A DNA stretch of 62,557 nucleotides, counting the filler, from Choristocarpus tenellus KU-1152 (taxonomy: Eukaryota; Protista; Phaeophyceae): the NCBI GenBank assembly GCA_964200185.2. It is 9 parts of 9 records of this genome, joined end to end, with 100 filler letters (N's around TTAATTAATTAA, not from the genome) between each part and the next. Parts side by side here need not be neighbours in the genome. Positions count along the whole stretch, not along the records: positions 1 to 8,869 come from CAXNAD020004241.1; positions 8,970 to 20,739 come from CAXNAD020002147.1; 7 more parts are not named here. One strand, 5' to 3'. Below the pieces are notes generated by a model. That model worked only from the letters and a program-made list of their open reading frames with translations, did no database searches and was not told where the DNA came from. Position 1 is the stretch's first letter. Each line of letters opens with the position of its first letter. Shown piece by piece: positions 1 to 12,153 of the stretch. Both the position numbers and the translations under genes were made by a program.

Positions 1-614
1 TTGGTGGATTAGATAAATTAATATACAATTAATTTTATCTCTCAACTCTCCTCGTTTGCATGAGTGGACACATGCGGTGGTGAAGAGACCGTATCACCGG
101 AAACATTAATACATTAGCACCTGTATGCTAAAGGTGGCTGTTCATTACATCATGTCACGTTTTCATGAAATGGATTTATTGATCATCATGAAATGAATAA
201 TCCCATCCTAAAACAGAAAAAATAAAATAATTGAAGATTCAAGTCTACCACCAGGTAAGAGATGGAGACTTAAGGTGAGCCATACATGTTATTCATTTTT
301 TTTTTCGTGTGGCATAATTCCCCCGACATGATGTAATGACTGTACAGTCACCTCGTATCGTTTTAGGAGAGTTGAGCCACCAACATTGTATGTCCAAGTT
401 GTCCACTTGGAATATTGTAGTCGTCCTGAACAATATTCCAATCGATGTCAGAATTGAGGAAGGAGAGTGGGTGCATACATTTGATCTCGTCGTTTGCTGT
501 GTTGATTTGGTCATGTAACACGTGATGTTTTCACGCATCGGAGTGGGTTTACTTCGGGTCCATAGAATACGTCACCTTCTTGAATTTTCGAAGGTTTAGT
601 CTAATCCTTCTTGA

Positions 615-905
615 CACAAGTGTTGTGGCCTTTTGGAGAGGCCGTGGACGGAAGAGATTCCCCCTGCTTGTGCCCATTGCGCAGGCTCTGCTTCGTCCCC
701 TGCATTTGCTGCTGTGCTAGAGGAGAGCTTCTGTGTGCCTGGGCAATTGATGCTCGCAAGAGGGCGCAAATGGATCCAGCAAACACCGAAATATTGCTCT
801 GTTGCCGTGTGGTATACAGCTCCATTCGAAAAGAAGTGCCAGTGCTCTCAAGGATGGAGATCAAACAGGCAGTCCCTGATCGCCTTAAAGATCCAGAGAA
901 ATGAT
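615..905 (+). mobile_element. Degenerate hAT transposase C-terminal dimerisation domain (frameshifted remnant)
   Basis: Joining three frames gives VVAFWRGRGRKRFPLLVPIAQALL / PAFAAVLEESFCVPGQL / ARKRAQMDPANTEILL. This fits the hAT dimerisation pattern FW..FP.L..A..L..PASSA..ER.FS.AG...R..L.P...E.L. Confidence 0.6.
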
Positions 906-2924
906 TGGCTGCACAAGAATTGCATATCAACAGTCCTTCAGAAGATGCAATTGACGAGCACTTCAATATACATACCTGAGCTTGACTCTGACAACAAAAG
1001 AGCTGTTTGGGAGAGGAACATTCACAACTAAGGGTCCATCCAGGTGTGGATGGCTTCCTTCAACTAGTGGATCAATAAGGAAAACTGAATGGATTGGGGG
1101 AAGCCACCTCACTGTGGTGCTGGTGGAAAAAGAGATGTTCTTCGCAGGGAGTTTCAGGGCTCATACAATATTTTCATTTCGTTTGTTTATCCTACTATTT
1201 TTTTGTTTTTTCCAACAACGGTGAGGATTCATAATACATTTGCTGATCTGTACAGTTCATATATCTTAACAAGAACAATGATAATCGAACATCTTCCTGT
1301 TTTCTTTTGTTTGCATCCCCCATGCACCGTCAGCCCAATCCTCGTTTCATGGATGTACATAGATATATAGCAGTCTCAGATGCCCAAGCAGGGTAGGTAG
1401 TAAACGACTTCACTCAAAACAAGGCGATACTGACCACTGTCCATTGAAGGCGCAACAAATTGATATGATTAGCAGCACTGGTAATAGTATCAAAAACTTG
1501 TGAGTCTATGTTACGGTACAATACGAGATGCTATCACAGCACGTTGGAGATTGGCAGCGATCAGAACATCTGCCTCAAAACAGCGTTCAAAAAATATTTG
1601 TGTGATCTCGTAACGTTGTGTTACATTATTCTGATGTGGGGTTATGAATCAAAAGAAATTGCTATTATATTTTCTAATTAAACATGTACAAAACGAGGGC
1701 ATGTACCGGAGTAGAACGTAGTGTCACCAAGCAAGTCTGAACTCCACTCTACACTTAGTTGGACGCAGCATGCAGATACCGATACCACGAACATTGAAAT
1801 CTGTACTAAGTTCGGGACGGTGACAACTTGTGAGAACATTTTGTGGTTGAATTGTATCCTCAGACTCTACTCATAAAAAAAACTAACCACACTGCTTATC
1901 CAATTTATCTGTAGCAATTAATCTAACATAAAAATAGGAACCTGTCTATATTTGGGATAGAGGTACAATGGGCTTAACATGGTGTTGAGGGTGTACTCTC
2001 ATGATGTCCATGTTTTGGACTAGAAGTGTAGTATTATCCAAGACGCAAAACATCACACGCAAAATAGAATTTTTAGCAAGTCGCTGAGATGTTGTATTAC
2101 CAACGTCTTTGTCGAGCATCGGCTCAATTCGATCGTGTGCTCTTCATACAAAAATCGTGTTTGGATTGTAACCAGTGCAACTATATTTGAGTCATTCCCT
2201 CTTTACAGTTTGTAGGGATGTGTCACCTTTTTGACTTTTTAAGAAGTATATGTGTGACAATGCCTTCGAGTTGATTGAAACAACAGTTGTATTTTTCATC
2301 ATTTCCCCTAATAGTACTTTGTGTTGTAACAGCATTACCCCTTGAGTGTTCAAGGCATCACGAAGAGAGGCAAATACTACGAAGCCTATACAGCATCAAT
2401 ATTTCCATGAATTTCTCGTGTCCAGTTTATCTCATGGAGGAATAATGAAGGGTCCTTTCTGGAGGGGCATGTCAGAGTGGTGCAATGAACCATCACAAGA
2501 GTAGATGTTTCCAGAAAGACAGCAACATACAACAGAAGATCTGAACGTGCCTTTTAAGCACACACCATAGTTGACCAAAACCCAACCGGCAGGGTACCAG
2601 TAGAAATGTAAGGAGTAAGGCTTTCCATGGGAGGGCTAAATAATCTGGACATGGACTAATTGCAGAACTGGCAGAACAAGACACCTACAATGCCTTGCTG
2701 CCCTGCATCGACCAACATCAAGCAAAGGTTCGTGTGTAGCAAGCAGCATGTTCATTAATCACTCCAGATACCCACAGCTTCTTTCCGCATGTTACACCTA
2801 CAAAATCGATGAGGCTGTTCATGAGTCAGGTCGACCAGGCAGGGATCTATGGCATAGACTTTGAACAAAGGACAGGTAGGTCCTTAAGAACCACCACACT
2901 ATTTCAAGGGCTATGGTTTGTGGC

Positions 2925-5900
2925 TCATGCCGTAGTAGACTTCTTGCGGCCCTTGTTGATGATCATGGGCTTCTGGAGTCCCTGTTTCACTCTGATTGCC
3001 CGGTGGATCTGTTATTTTGACCAATAGCGGCATCACAGAGGTTACGGAGAACATTAAATTTATTAAGAGGAAAAAGACAATCTTTGTAAACTGCACGAAC
3101 ATTTTCCGTTTGCAATTATCTCCGTTCAATACGAATTTACAGATAGAACTCTATCTGCCACACAAAATGTACTGAGAAGCAATGTCATTTCATTATTATT
3201 ATTTACACTAGTCCAAGGAAGGCAACAAGTATCACTCGAGAAATACAAGCAGAAAAATTCCCTCAAGCTTTGGACTGATATGCTGAGCACCCGTATCTTT
3301 AGCGCTATCACAGATCAATTAACAACACAAACCTGGGACCAGCGGGCCAGAGCAGCCTGCTCCAACTCAGGCCGGTAGTAGGAACCCTTTGTCTGCAATC
3401 ATACAAACATAAACACAAAATATCAACATGAAAGGGAAAGGGTAGGCAGGGGAGTAAGTATATCAAATACAAGGTACAGTAGTGCTGCACATCAACAGAT
3501 ATTTCCATGAGATATTGCCATGAGAGGGTTGTGATTGAATCGTATCGATCCACTCACTTTGATTCAATAGAATTAATTCTCAATCCCATGTTTGCATGCT
3601 CTGCTAGGATATTAACTCAATAGAATTTTGTCACTGCCCTTCGTTACATTTGTCCCATTCCTCCAGCATCTTCACACAACTTGTAGTTCAAATCAATTAC
3701 ATTTAAAGTTTCTTGCATCAAAAAAAGTACAGAGAAAGAAGTGTTCAATTCAGAACACCAATTGAACCAAAAATTTCTTCATAGTGTTTACGCACCACCC
3801 TTTTCCACATGTTCTCAGTTTGAGGTAAGACATATATCATGATCTTCCAGTGTGGAGCAAAAATAAAGGTAACTCTCCCCTATCGTATCAGATACAGCTC
3901 AACTAGTACAACCACACAATGGCACTATGCCCTCCACAAATTTAGTCAAAAGAAAAGGCAATGACAATCAGGAGACACAGGAAACACCAGGGAAAGGGAA
4001 TACAGCACAAGAGGCAGCACTTAAGACCATACCTGCTTCTTGATGGCAGTAGCAACCGAGCGGAAGTCCTTCTTCATCATCGACTTACCCACCGCCTTGG
4101 AAGGCTTGTTGATGTTCTTAGATGACTGCCAGGTTTGAGTAATGGGTTCAAAGAAGTGTTAGCTTCGCAACACTGTCACTTACAACCTGTCATATCAAGA
4201 GTGACCACATCCTTCACCAACACACTGCGCTTCATCACCACAACAGACTACACAACCATTCTGACTATCGCATGTTACAACATTCCAACAATAAACCACA
4301 CTGCATCACCTGTGATGTTTAACTACCTAAGAAAATGAATTGCCAAGAGTCTATGCTAATGGTGTGCGCGCATGCGTGTGTGTCAGAGAGAGAGAGAGAG
4401 ATAGAGAGATAAATCCCTTTGCTGGGGGGGTGTTGAGTAGAGTAGAGTCCTATTCATCCGATGCATTGCTACCTTTTTGATTCAGCTCAACCACTAAGTT
4501 CAATCCAGTTCTCCACATGTACAGTATGTACATGTATGTTGTCTTCAAACACAACCTTGATGAAGGCAGCATCAAGTTCAAGAAAATAACTTGAATAAAT
4601 GAATCAATGAGTGGGATAGATCGTAGATTGCACCCCTCAAAAGAACAATAGTCTTGTGAACCTATAGAGCCTAAACCAAATCAGCTAGAAAATTTGAACA
4701 AGTTCATTTGAACCATTGTAACACAAGGCAACACAAGCACAGGTCACTAGTGCAAGGTGGTGCCAGAAGGCAAAAAAATCCAAAACTTCAACAGGTAGAT
4801 CCAAAGTCATGAATGTGTGTTGAGTTAGATGTGGGTATCAGCAGTGTGACCTTGTGTGAAAAATATGTGTATCTTTAGGATCTGACAACATCATTGTATG
4901 ATAAAAATAACCAAACTTCTTTAGTTGGGTTATTAGGTTATTTTGATTGATTTGATTGCCCTATTGTGGTCACAAAACCACCAAAATCAGGTTCATGCTA
5001 CAGTTATACACAACCATTAAGACTGTCCATGAAGAAACTGTTTCCTCCAACTAAGCAAAGGAAGACTGAGTGGTAGACAGAAGTGCATTTAATTGTTCGT
5101 TGTGTAAACCAAATAATGATGTTCATGTGACTTGATAGAGGTACCCTTACAAAAGATCTATCTTTATCGGACAAATTATTTTTTTTAGAAATTGCATCAA
5201 AATCTATTCATAAAAAATACTATGCACAGAAGAAAGTAATGAAGGTACCAAAATTAGCACAGCTATATATTTCCATACTATATCATTTCAGAGGCACCAA
5301 CATTACCCTGGCTTAAGCAAAAACACACAATCAACTTCCAAATATCATTTTAGTGCTATATCAAGGATCACTATCTCACACAAAAAGCGACAATCTTTTG
5401 TGGCAAACTCATCTCTAACATGAATACGAAAAATAACAACCACAATAATAAAAAATAATTATAACAATAACTCTGACAAATTTCCCACAAAAAGAAAGTT
5501 CTCTCTCGAGAAACCCTCTTTTGATTATCCACCTTCAAGGACAATTGAGCGCAGTCATGTCCCTTGGCATCCTTGGCAAAGTCCAGGCCCACAGCCTTGG
5601 AGTTGGCAAGGCCAGAGTACTTGAACGAATTGTAGTTCATGAGGTTAGTGGGCTCAGCACTAAGCACAACCTTTCCTGATCTGTTAGTCCAACACAGCAG
5701 TTAGGCATTGTGGGTGTGGGGAACGGGCAGGGGAAGCGTCAAAACCATGGAACAATCGTCATTGATTTGTTTTCGTGTTCTTACTCAGAGTAATAAGTTC
5801 GAATCTCAGGTGATTGATTTCTTATTACTTGATATAAATGGACTGATTAGCGGGGTTTTTAAAAATTGAGCATGGGTTGTGCTATAGTAAGAGGAATACA

Positions 5901-7405
5901 GAACTTCAAAACCAGGAAGATCTTGTCACTACCTTGAGAATCAAATAATAGATTTTCATCGAACGTTGCTATCAAATCAGAGGCACAAACTTTAAACTGT
6001 ATAATCTTTGAACATACACTACTGAGTAAGATCTTATTCCTTGCTGTATACATTATACGACTTCAGCAACATGTGGTGCATTCAGACAAAACAAAAAGGG
6101 TAAGATAAAATGTTAAGGTAAAAAAAAGTAGCAATTTTGATACCTCAACCACATAGATGGTAGTTCATCAAAGATCCACGCCAACAAAGAAGGATAGGTG
6201 GTATCATTGCTGTCCGTGCAATTTGATTTACCGTTAAATACGCAAGGCAAGGTAAGCAAGACGGAACATGCAATTTCCTGCTTGTCTCTTCTTCCAAGAT
6301 TCTTGTCTCACCAAGAACCATTGATAGGTAAATCAACTTCAAAAAATTGAGGAAAGATTTTACAGCAGGTGGTTTGCATGGATGTGAAGCTTTCTCAAGT
6401 TTTTACGTATTAATATATGATGATTATTATTGGATTTGATTCTGTGCGGACAGTTTAGTTCCATTTAACTTTATTTTCTTCACAACAGGAATTTAAAAGG
6501 ACACCCTTTGCCTCGTGGCTTCAGTTGTACCCAACCTATTAGCTCTAATAAGGATGCAATATAGTGTGTACAGGGACAATCAAGACGAATTTGGACCAAA
6601 ACATTTTGTCTTCAATTGATACTGTAGATGCCTCAACTCTGCATTATTGCACGTCTGGTACCATCAATGTGAGTGATACTCACAAGATAGTAAGGATCAG
6701 TCAATTCCTCTTCCCTCACACATATTTTTACTGGACTTGGTCTATCGTCAAATTTCGGGTGGTAGGATTTTCCTAAATCTCACAATGTCAGCTTCCTCAA
6801 CCAACAATGGTAAAGTCTTCAAAGATAAAAAAAAGGAATCCTCTATCCCACGCACTAAAGTTGGAGTCGAGCAATCTCACTCATTAGTGCCCAATTACGT
6901 ACACACACTCAAGCCCTTACTGCATTCCCTGGTCATTAGAAACATCACAAGACACAACCCTTAACGCGCCAAGTGAACGGGTGCACCACAGTGCTCACGA
7001 GGGATAATACGTAACTGCTAGGATCTTTTGTATTCGTGTAGAAACTCCTCTTAACAGTGAGATGTTTTGAACACATGATCAACAGCGAGGTGCGTGGTGA
7101 GAGGATAAATATGTAGAGCTTGGTAACGATCTAGGGTTCAACCGTAGCGGAGATTCCGAAGTGACTCTCTCTACCAATAATTGCACATTGATATGATTCT
7201 CCTTGTGCCAGTTTCAGATGGACACATGACTTGAGATGATGCGAGTTTCAACCCATCAACCCACGTCGATGTAAGGTAACCACTGCATTGACCTTCTTCA
7301 CACCCTGCTGAAGAGTGCTTACCGTGCGGTTTGGCCATTCCTCTTGTAGAGAAAGCACGAGTTTCGCTTGATCAGCGACCATGTAAGCTCATCCGAGAGT
7401 ACCAT
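2925..7405 (-). CDS. RPL28: 60S ribosomal protein L28e, complete, 155 aa; exons complement(7323..7405, 5533..5680, 4033..4125, 3333..3392, 2925..3008)
   Basis: All introns are GT-AG and phase-consistent (468 nt total). Spliced protein: MVLSDELTWSLIKRNSCFLYKRNGQTARSGKVVLSAEPTNLMNYNSFKYSGLANSKAVG...NKPSKAVGKSMMKKDFRSVATAIKKQTKGSYYRPELEQAALARWSQIHRAIRVK...STTA*. It has the L28e hallmarks EPxNL, NSFKYSGLAN and YRPxL..AALAR. Confidence 0.96.
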
Positions 7406-7590
7406 GATACCTGCTGCAGTGGTGTTCCTGCCCTTGCTTACTGCGTATGGCAGCCATTCCTCCCCAATCCAGGTTCTCGCGCATTTTTCGCGCGATGCGC
7501 GTTGAATACTATACAACAACTTCTACATTTCTTATAGTCCAACACCAACTATTCATCACTACAACACTAACCACTACACTGCACAACAGT
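7406..7590. promoter_or_regulatory. Putative bidirectional promoter/5' UTR region between RPL28 and the opine dehydrogenase gene
   Basis: Only 185 bp separate the two divergent ATGs. It contains a CpG-rich element (TTCTCGCGCATTTTTCGCGCGATGCGCG, ~7473-7501) and a CAA-rich leader before the + strand ATG. Confidence 0.6.
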
Positions 7591-8793
7591 ATGACTCTCT
7601 CTGTTGCACAAGCTTACGCCGAGCAGGAGAGACTTCAAGAGTCTCAGGGGAGATACAGGCCTACCCAGGTCACCATATGTGGAGGTGGCAATGGAGCTCA
7701 CGTAGCATCTGGGTTCATGGCCTCGCTGGGTATCAGGTACTGGCTCTTTCCCCCCAACAACGCACATATATCCTTCCATGACTTGCTGAACGTCACACCC
7801 CTTCACCCCAAAATACTACGAATAAACCTCTTCAGGGTCAAGGTCTTCACTCGCCAGCCCCAAAGGTGGGGGGAGACGATTACCCTGTCCACCAAGGGAA
7901 GCAGTTGGGAGAAAAAGGGCACCATTAGGGGACACCTGAGCCTTGTAACTAGTGATGCTAAAGAGGCCGTTGCTGGGTCCGAGGTGACTGCAGTTGATTT
8001 TTATAGATCTGATTTTTATAGATCTTGACCCGTATTTTCAGTCTATGGTGAATAAGCACCAAGGCATGGCCTTCGCTGCGGTGTACCTTCCATCCCTCGT
8101 TCATTGACAGTTTTTATCTCCTCGTCGTTGTCTGTGATGAGCAGGTGGTGATTATTGCGGCACCTGCCAATGCCCATCCAGATCTTCTCCGAGCTGTTGG
8201 GCCGTTCTTGGATGATGGTGCTGCTGTAGGGGCTCTATTTGCACAGGTAATGACTCTAATACGTGAGTTTGAGAGGGTACAGTATACGTCCAAGTGTGAT
8301 CTTGTGTGAATGATATCAGGTAGGTCCTCGCTGTTCAGCAAAAAACGAAGACACGCGCAACCCATGCGCGGTGATTCACACTTCCCGTGCTTTGTTTGGA
8401 CCGTTGGTCATGGCTAAAGATAAAAGTGTATCTTCGTACAGAATTGAAGTTGCTGAGACTGCGACACCTTGCCAACTCTTATAGTTGAGCCTTGTTTGTT
8501 GCTAGTGCAATTCGATCATTTTAGGTTTCTGTACCACAGAACGTTGTGTGAGATACATCCTCACAGCATTCCCATTCCACATCCTCTGCACTTCTTTTGT
8601 ATTTACAAAAAACATTTAACGCCTCCCCCTCATATGTGAATGCCGACTGATCCTCAACGTTACCCTGCGGTAATACTGGGTAGGGAGGATTTGACTGGGC
8701 TGCTGTGCACGCCCTTGGGCCTCATATGAAAAGGATTGGGGTCCTCTTTGGACTCCAAAACATACCTTGGATATGCAGAATAGATACCTATGG
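7591..8793 (+). CDS. Opine (octopine/nopaline/tauropine-type) NAD(P)-dependent dehydrogenase, 5' part; exons 7591..7736, 7836..7983, 8145..8246, 8684..8793, truncated by contig end
   Basis: Phase-consistent GT-AG splicing. Rossmann motif VTICGGGNGAH, then VVIIAAPANAHPDLLRAV, ALFAQGGFDW and LFGLQNIPWICR, all typical of the octopine/opine dehydrogenase family. Confidence 0.85.
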
Positions 8794-8869
8794 GTGAGGC
8801 CCCGCCGCCAATCAACCCGCCCGCTCGCTGGTGTTTCATGGGAAGCGTGTGTCAGCACTTGAGTGTTCA

Positions 8870-8969
8870 NNNNNNNNNNNNNNNNNNNNNNNNNNNNNNN
8901 NNNNNNNNNNNNNTTAATTAATTAANNNNNNNNNNNNNNNNNNNNNNNNNNNNNNNNNNNNNNNNNNNN
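8870..8969. other. Artificial contig linker (N44-TTAATTAATTAA-N44)
   Basis: Exactly 100 nt with stops in all six frames. The identical structure recurs 8 times in the window. Confidence 0.98.
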
Positions 8970-11458
8970 TTAGCATTAAAAAAAAAAAAAGCACAACGGG
9001 CAGTCAGTAGCTCCAACTTCCTACTACGTTTTTTTTTTTTCCGTTTGTGATGTGATTTTCATTCCCTCTGAATAGCTTCCAAGGGCTGGATGGGGAGCCT
9101 ACGAGCCGCGGCAAGGCCCCTCCCTGTAGTGCCACTCAGGTGAAAGAAACAATATCAATAGTGCACATCTTGGAGTATCAGTGTCAAAGTATAATTGCTT
9201 CATGGCAATAATTAGTAAGTGCTGTAAAAGCATGTACTGATTCTTACTTTTGGTGAATGTGTTTAATTCAAATATAGGGTTCAAAAAAAAAATCCCAGAA
9301 TGAGCAGTTTTTGTATGGCATTTGAAAAAGATCGTACGACTGTCTACTATACATATTCATAGATTTTTTTAAAATGAAGGATTATGTGAAATTTTCACAA
9401 GATTATCAAGCAGAAACGTGGCACAGCAGAGCAGCTATACTTTAATTATGCATATATATATATATATTTGCTCCCCAAGGTTTTTTGGGTGCAGTCGGTG
9501 AGTGAACCTTCTTGTCTCCTTGACTTTTGGAGTCTGGCATGTGGGGCCTGTCCAGTGCTGGATCGATGTGAGGTTTTGCATGAAAAATGGCGTACTGTTG
9601 TCTTCAAACTGTCTTGTGTTATGCGTGACTCAACTTCCCCCCGTCCCTCACTCTGTGTAGTGAGGACTTCATTTGTCGGTTCTTCATCTGGGAGGCAGGA
9701 TGTGTGAACTCTTGATCTGTTGAACTTGTCAGCAACAGAATAGGACTACATCTGCCCCTTCCCCAAGAGTTGTACACCAATGTGGCCCTAGTTGTGGTAA
9801 CCAAGCTAGAGTACAGAATGCTAAGTTGGGCATGCAATTTACTACCACTTTTTTTTTTAATCTTTATTTTGTCCGAGTGACTCCCTCCACCCTTGCCCCC
9901 CCCCCAAATCATGCATGCGCCCTCACATTATTTTATCCCTTACCCCCCTCAACCTCCTCACTGCTTCAAAAGTGCCCTGGAGCATGACGGGTTGATGCAA
10001 GTGGCAGTTAAGATTAGACATCTTGTGGAGGATACCGACCAAGCCTACGTGTCTTCCCAATAGTAGATAACAGTGTTCAGAGTTGGGGCAACAGGGTTTC
10101 TGGAATTGAGGCTGCTGGTCTTTGAAGGAGTCTGCCTACTAGGAGAGCTGGAGACATAGAACCTCTCCAAGTTTTGCCCCCCCCCCCCCCCCCCCCCAAC
10201 CCATTCGCCAATCCCTACAATAAGGGAGAAAGAGTCCTGACCAACATCGGGAGCCAACCCAAGCGTCATGTTGTGTGCCTTGGGCATTTATAGAAAAGCA
10301 TTTCAACTTCTTTGTCCTTGTCATACTGGAGGTGACTGTGACTGCTGGTGTCATTTCATGGTCAATAGTGGACAAAATAATTGTAGGGCATGGTATAATC
10401 TCCTTACCCACTCTCCATGCCCCAGAGCATCTTATCTGTCACCGATGCCCTCAAAGTATGTAATACACAAGCTGAAATAGTGGTGTAAATGGACATGACC
10501 TGTTGCATATGCACACACAAATCTAGGGTAACGACTTTAGGTAGATGCAGAGGAATCCTTTTATAGTTATCACCTACACATAGGGCGTGCTATATTTTAT
10601 CGAATGCTCCTACCTTGGGCTGACACTGTACAGGTGTGTGGCAACTATGCATGCATCTTCAGGTATCTGTACCTAAATCCACATGTTTCATGATCAAGTG
10701 CAAAAAGAGAGGGAAGTAGGGGGTGATCACGCTGTCACAGAACCCCTTGATATCCTTAAGAAATTTGAGAAGAGTGAAACTTGCTTTTTTAGCATGTGGT
10801 CAATGGTCAAGACAATTCTTGACATGTGTATACACAAAAACTGTAGCATATCCACCATTCAGAGGTGATTCAGTTTGTGCTGGGGGTAAGAACAGCGTAC
10901 ACCCCAGTAACAGCCCCAACCTTCAGTCCGGCAGTCAAATGGGTGATTTTTTTTTGTACTCGCCCTCAAAGTCAGTTCTACTCCTCGAATGCTCGATCGA
11001 TCAATGCCGAAGACTTCAGACGGTAGAGAAAACACACTCCATTCGAATAATGAAACTAAAGCTTCACTACAATTTGTCCACGTCACAGTGCCTCTTGAGG
11101 GGCAGTGGAAGGCAAAACTGTCGCATACCAGAAGTGATAATGTGTTTGACAACTGAAGCTGGGGGCTTGATAAGGTAAACCTTGGTGTCAATCTACCGCA
11201 ACAATATCGTGTTCTAGAGAACAGTAAGAGTTCGAATAAGATTGCTCGAATCCCGTCTTATGTATCGCTTCTAAGGAAATATTTCTACTAGAAAATGTGT
11301 GCACCATGTACACACTTGCTGGAATTGCCGGAATCTGCCCCAACAATCCTTCTTCATCCCACATCGTCGCAATGACAAATTATGTGGCCACCTGCCCAGG
11401 TGCGAAAGCAGCCTAGTCGTGGTGCCGACTCAGGAAACAACAGGATAAAGCACGCCAT

Positions 11459-11839
11459 TTAGCTCGACTTAAACTTCAAGTCTATCCGCTTCTTGTCGGT
11501 GCAGATCCTCCACATCCAGTATCCGAACGCACATAGATGAGCGCCAACCTGTGATACACGCGGGAAAGTTGGCGGCGCAATCATTCAAGCATTTTCAAAT
11601 GTATCTCTGCTACAAAGTCAATGAAAACACAAAAAATATGAAATCCATAGATACGACAGGAGGGGCAGAGTGTGCCAGTCGTGTCTTCAGGCAGGCTTTT
11701 AGCCTTTCCCAGCAATACTTGATCCAAGGATGTTGTAAGCCCCTCCAAATTCACTTCGATCAGTACTCACCAACAAAACCACGAGATATTGCGCTCCCTC
11801 ATCCAGCTTCCCTATTCCCAGAACGTCGAATGCTCCCAT
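11459..11839 (-). CDS. 52-aa single-pass membrane microprotein; exons complement(11771..11839, 11459..11548)
   Basis: ATG in good context (AAAACCATGG), strong donor TTG|GTGAGT, acceptor CACAG|GTT, phase 0, ending TAA. Protein MGAFDVLGIGKLDEGAQYLVVLLVGAHLCAFGYWMWRICTDKKRIDLKFKSS: one TM helix spanning the splice junction followed by a basic tail. Too short for the ORF track. Confidence 0.75.
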
Positions 11840-12153
11840 GGTTTTTCCTCTCTTAAATCAACAACGTTGCCCTTAGTGGTAAGGTGTTCAGTCTTGTTCT
11901 AGTTCAAGATCAATTGTAAGGCATTTTTGTTTGGTTGGTGTGTAGTTTCTTGTTTGTAGTGAAGATCTATCTATCATTGGGCAAGAGGTTTATCCGCATC
12001 CTCGGGAATCCAATTTTATGTAACAGGGTCACACGAATCCTTATTGACCGGTTGGAACTTGTTCGATTTGGGAAGACTCAACCAGAACCAGGTCAGGGCA
12101 GCTCGAGCCGTTGCTGTTTTTGAAGGGTTTTAAGGTTATCACACGAACCACAC

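Noticed and set aside
7209-7308. Box C/D snoRNA candidate in RPL28 intron 1 (minus strand GTGAAGA...CTGA)
   Set aside because: The C box is mismatched, the terminal stem is only ~3 bp and I recognise no rRNA-complementary guide. A snoscan/Infernal run would be needed.
7447-7590. 48-aa N-terminal extension of the dehydrogenase from the upstream in-frame ATG at 7447
   Set aside because: It would start 42 bp from the divergent RPL28 ATG and crosses a CAA-rich UTR-like tract. ATG 7591 is more plausible, though the extension is not formally excluded.
8870-8969. Recurrent TTAATTAATTAA palindrome in N-runs as a biological motif, and gene neighbourhoods across it
   Set aside because: Fixed 100-nt six-frame-stop spacer added when concatenating contigs. 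Neighbours across it are unlinked, so no cross-linker gene cluster can be inferred.
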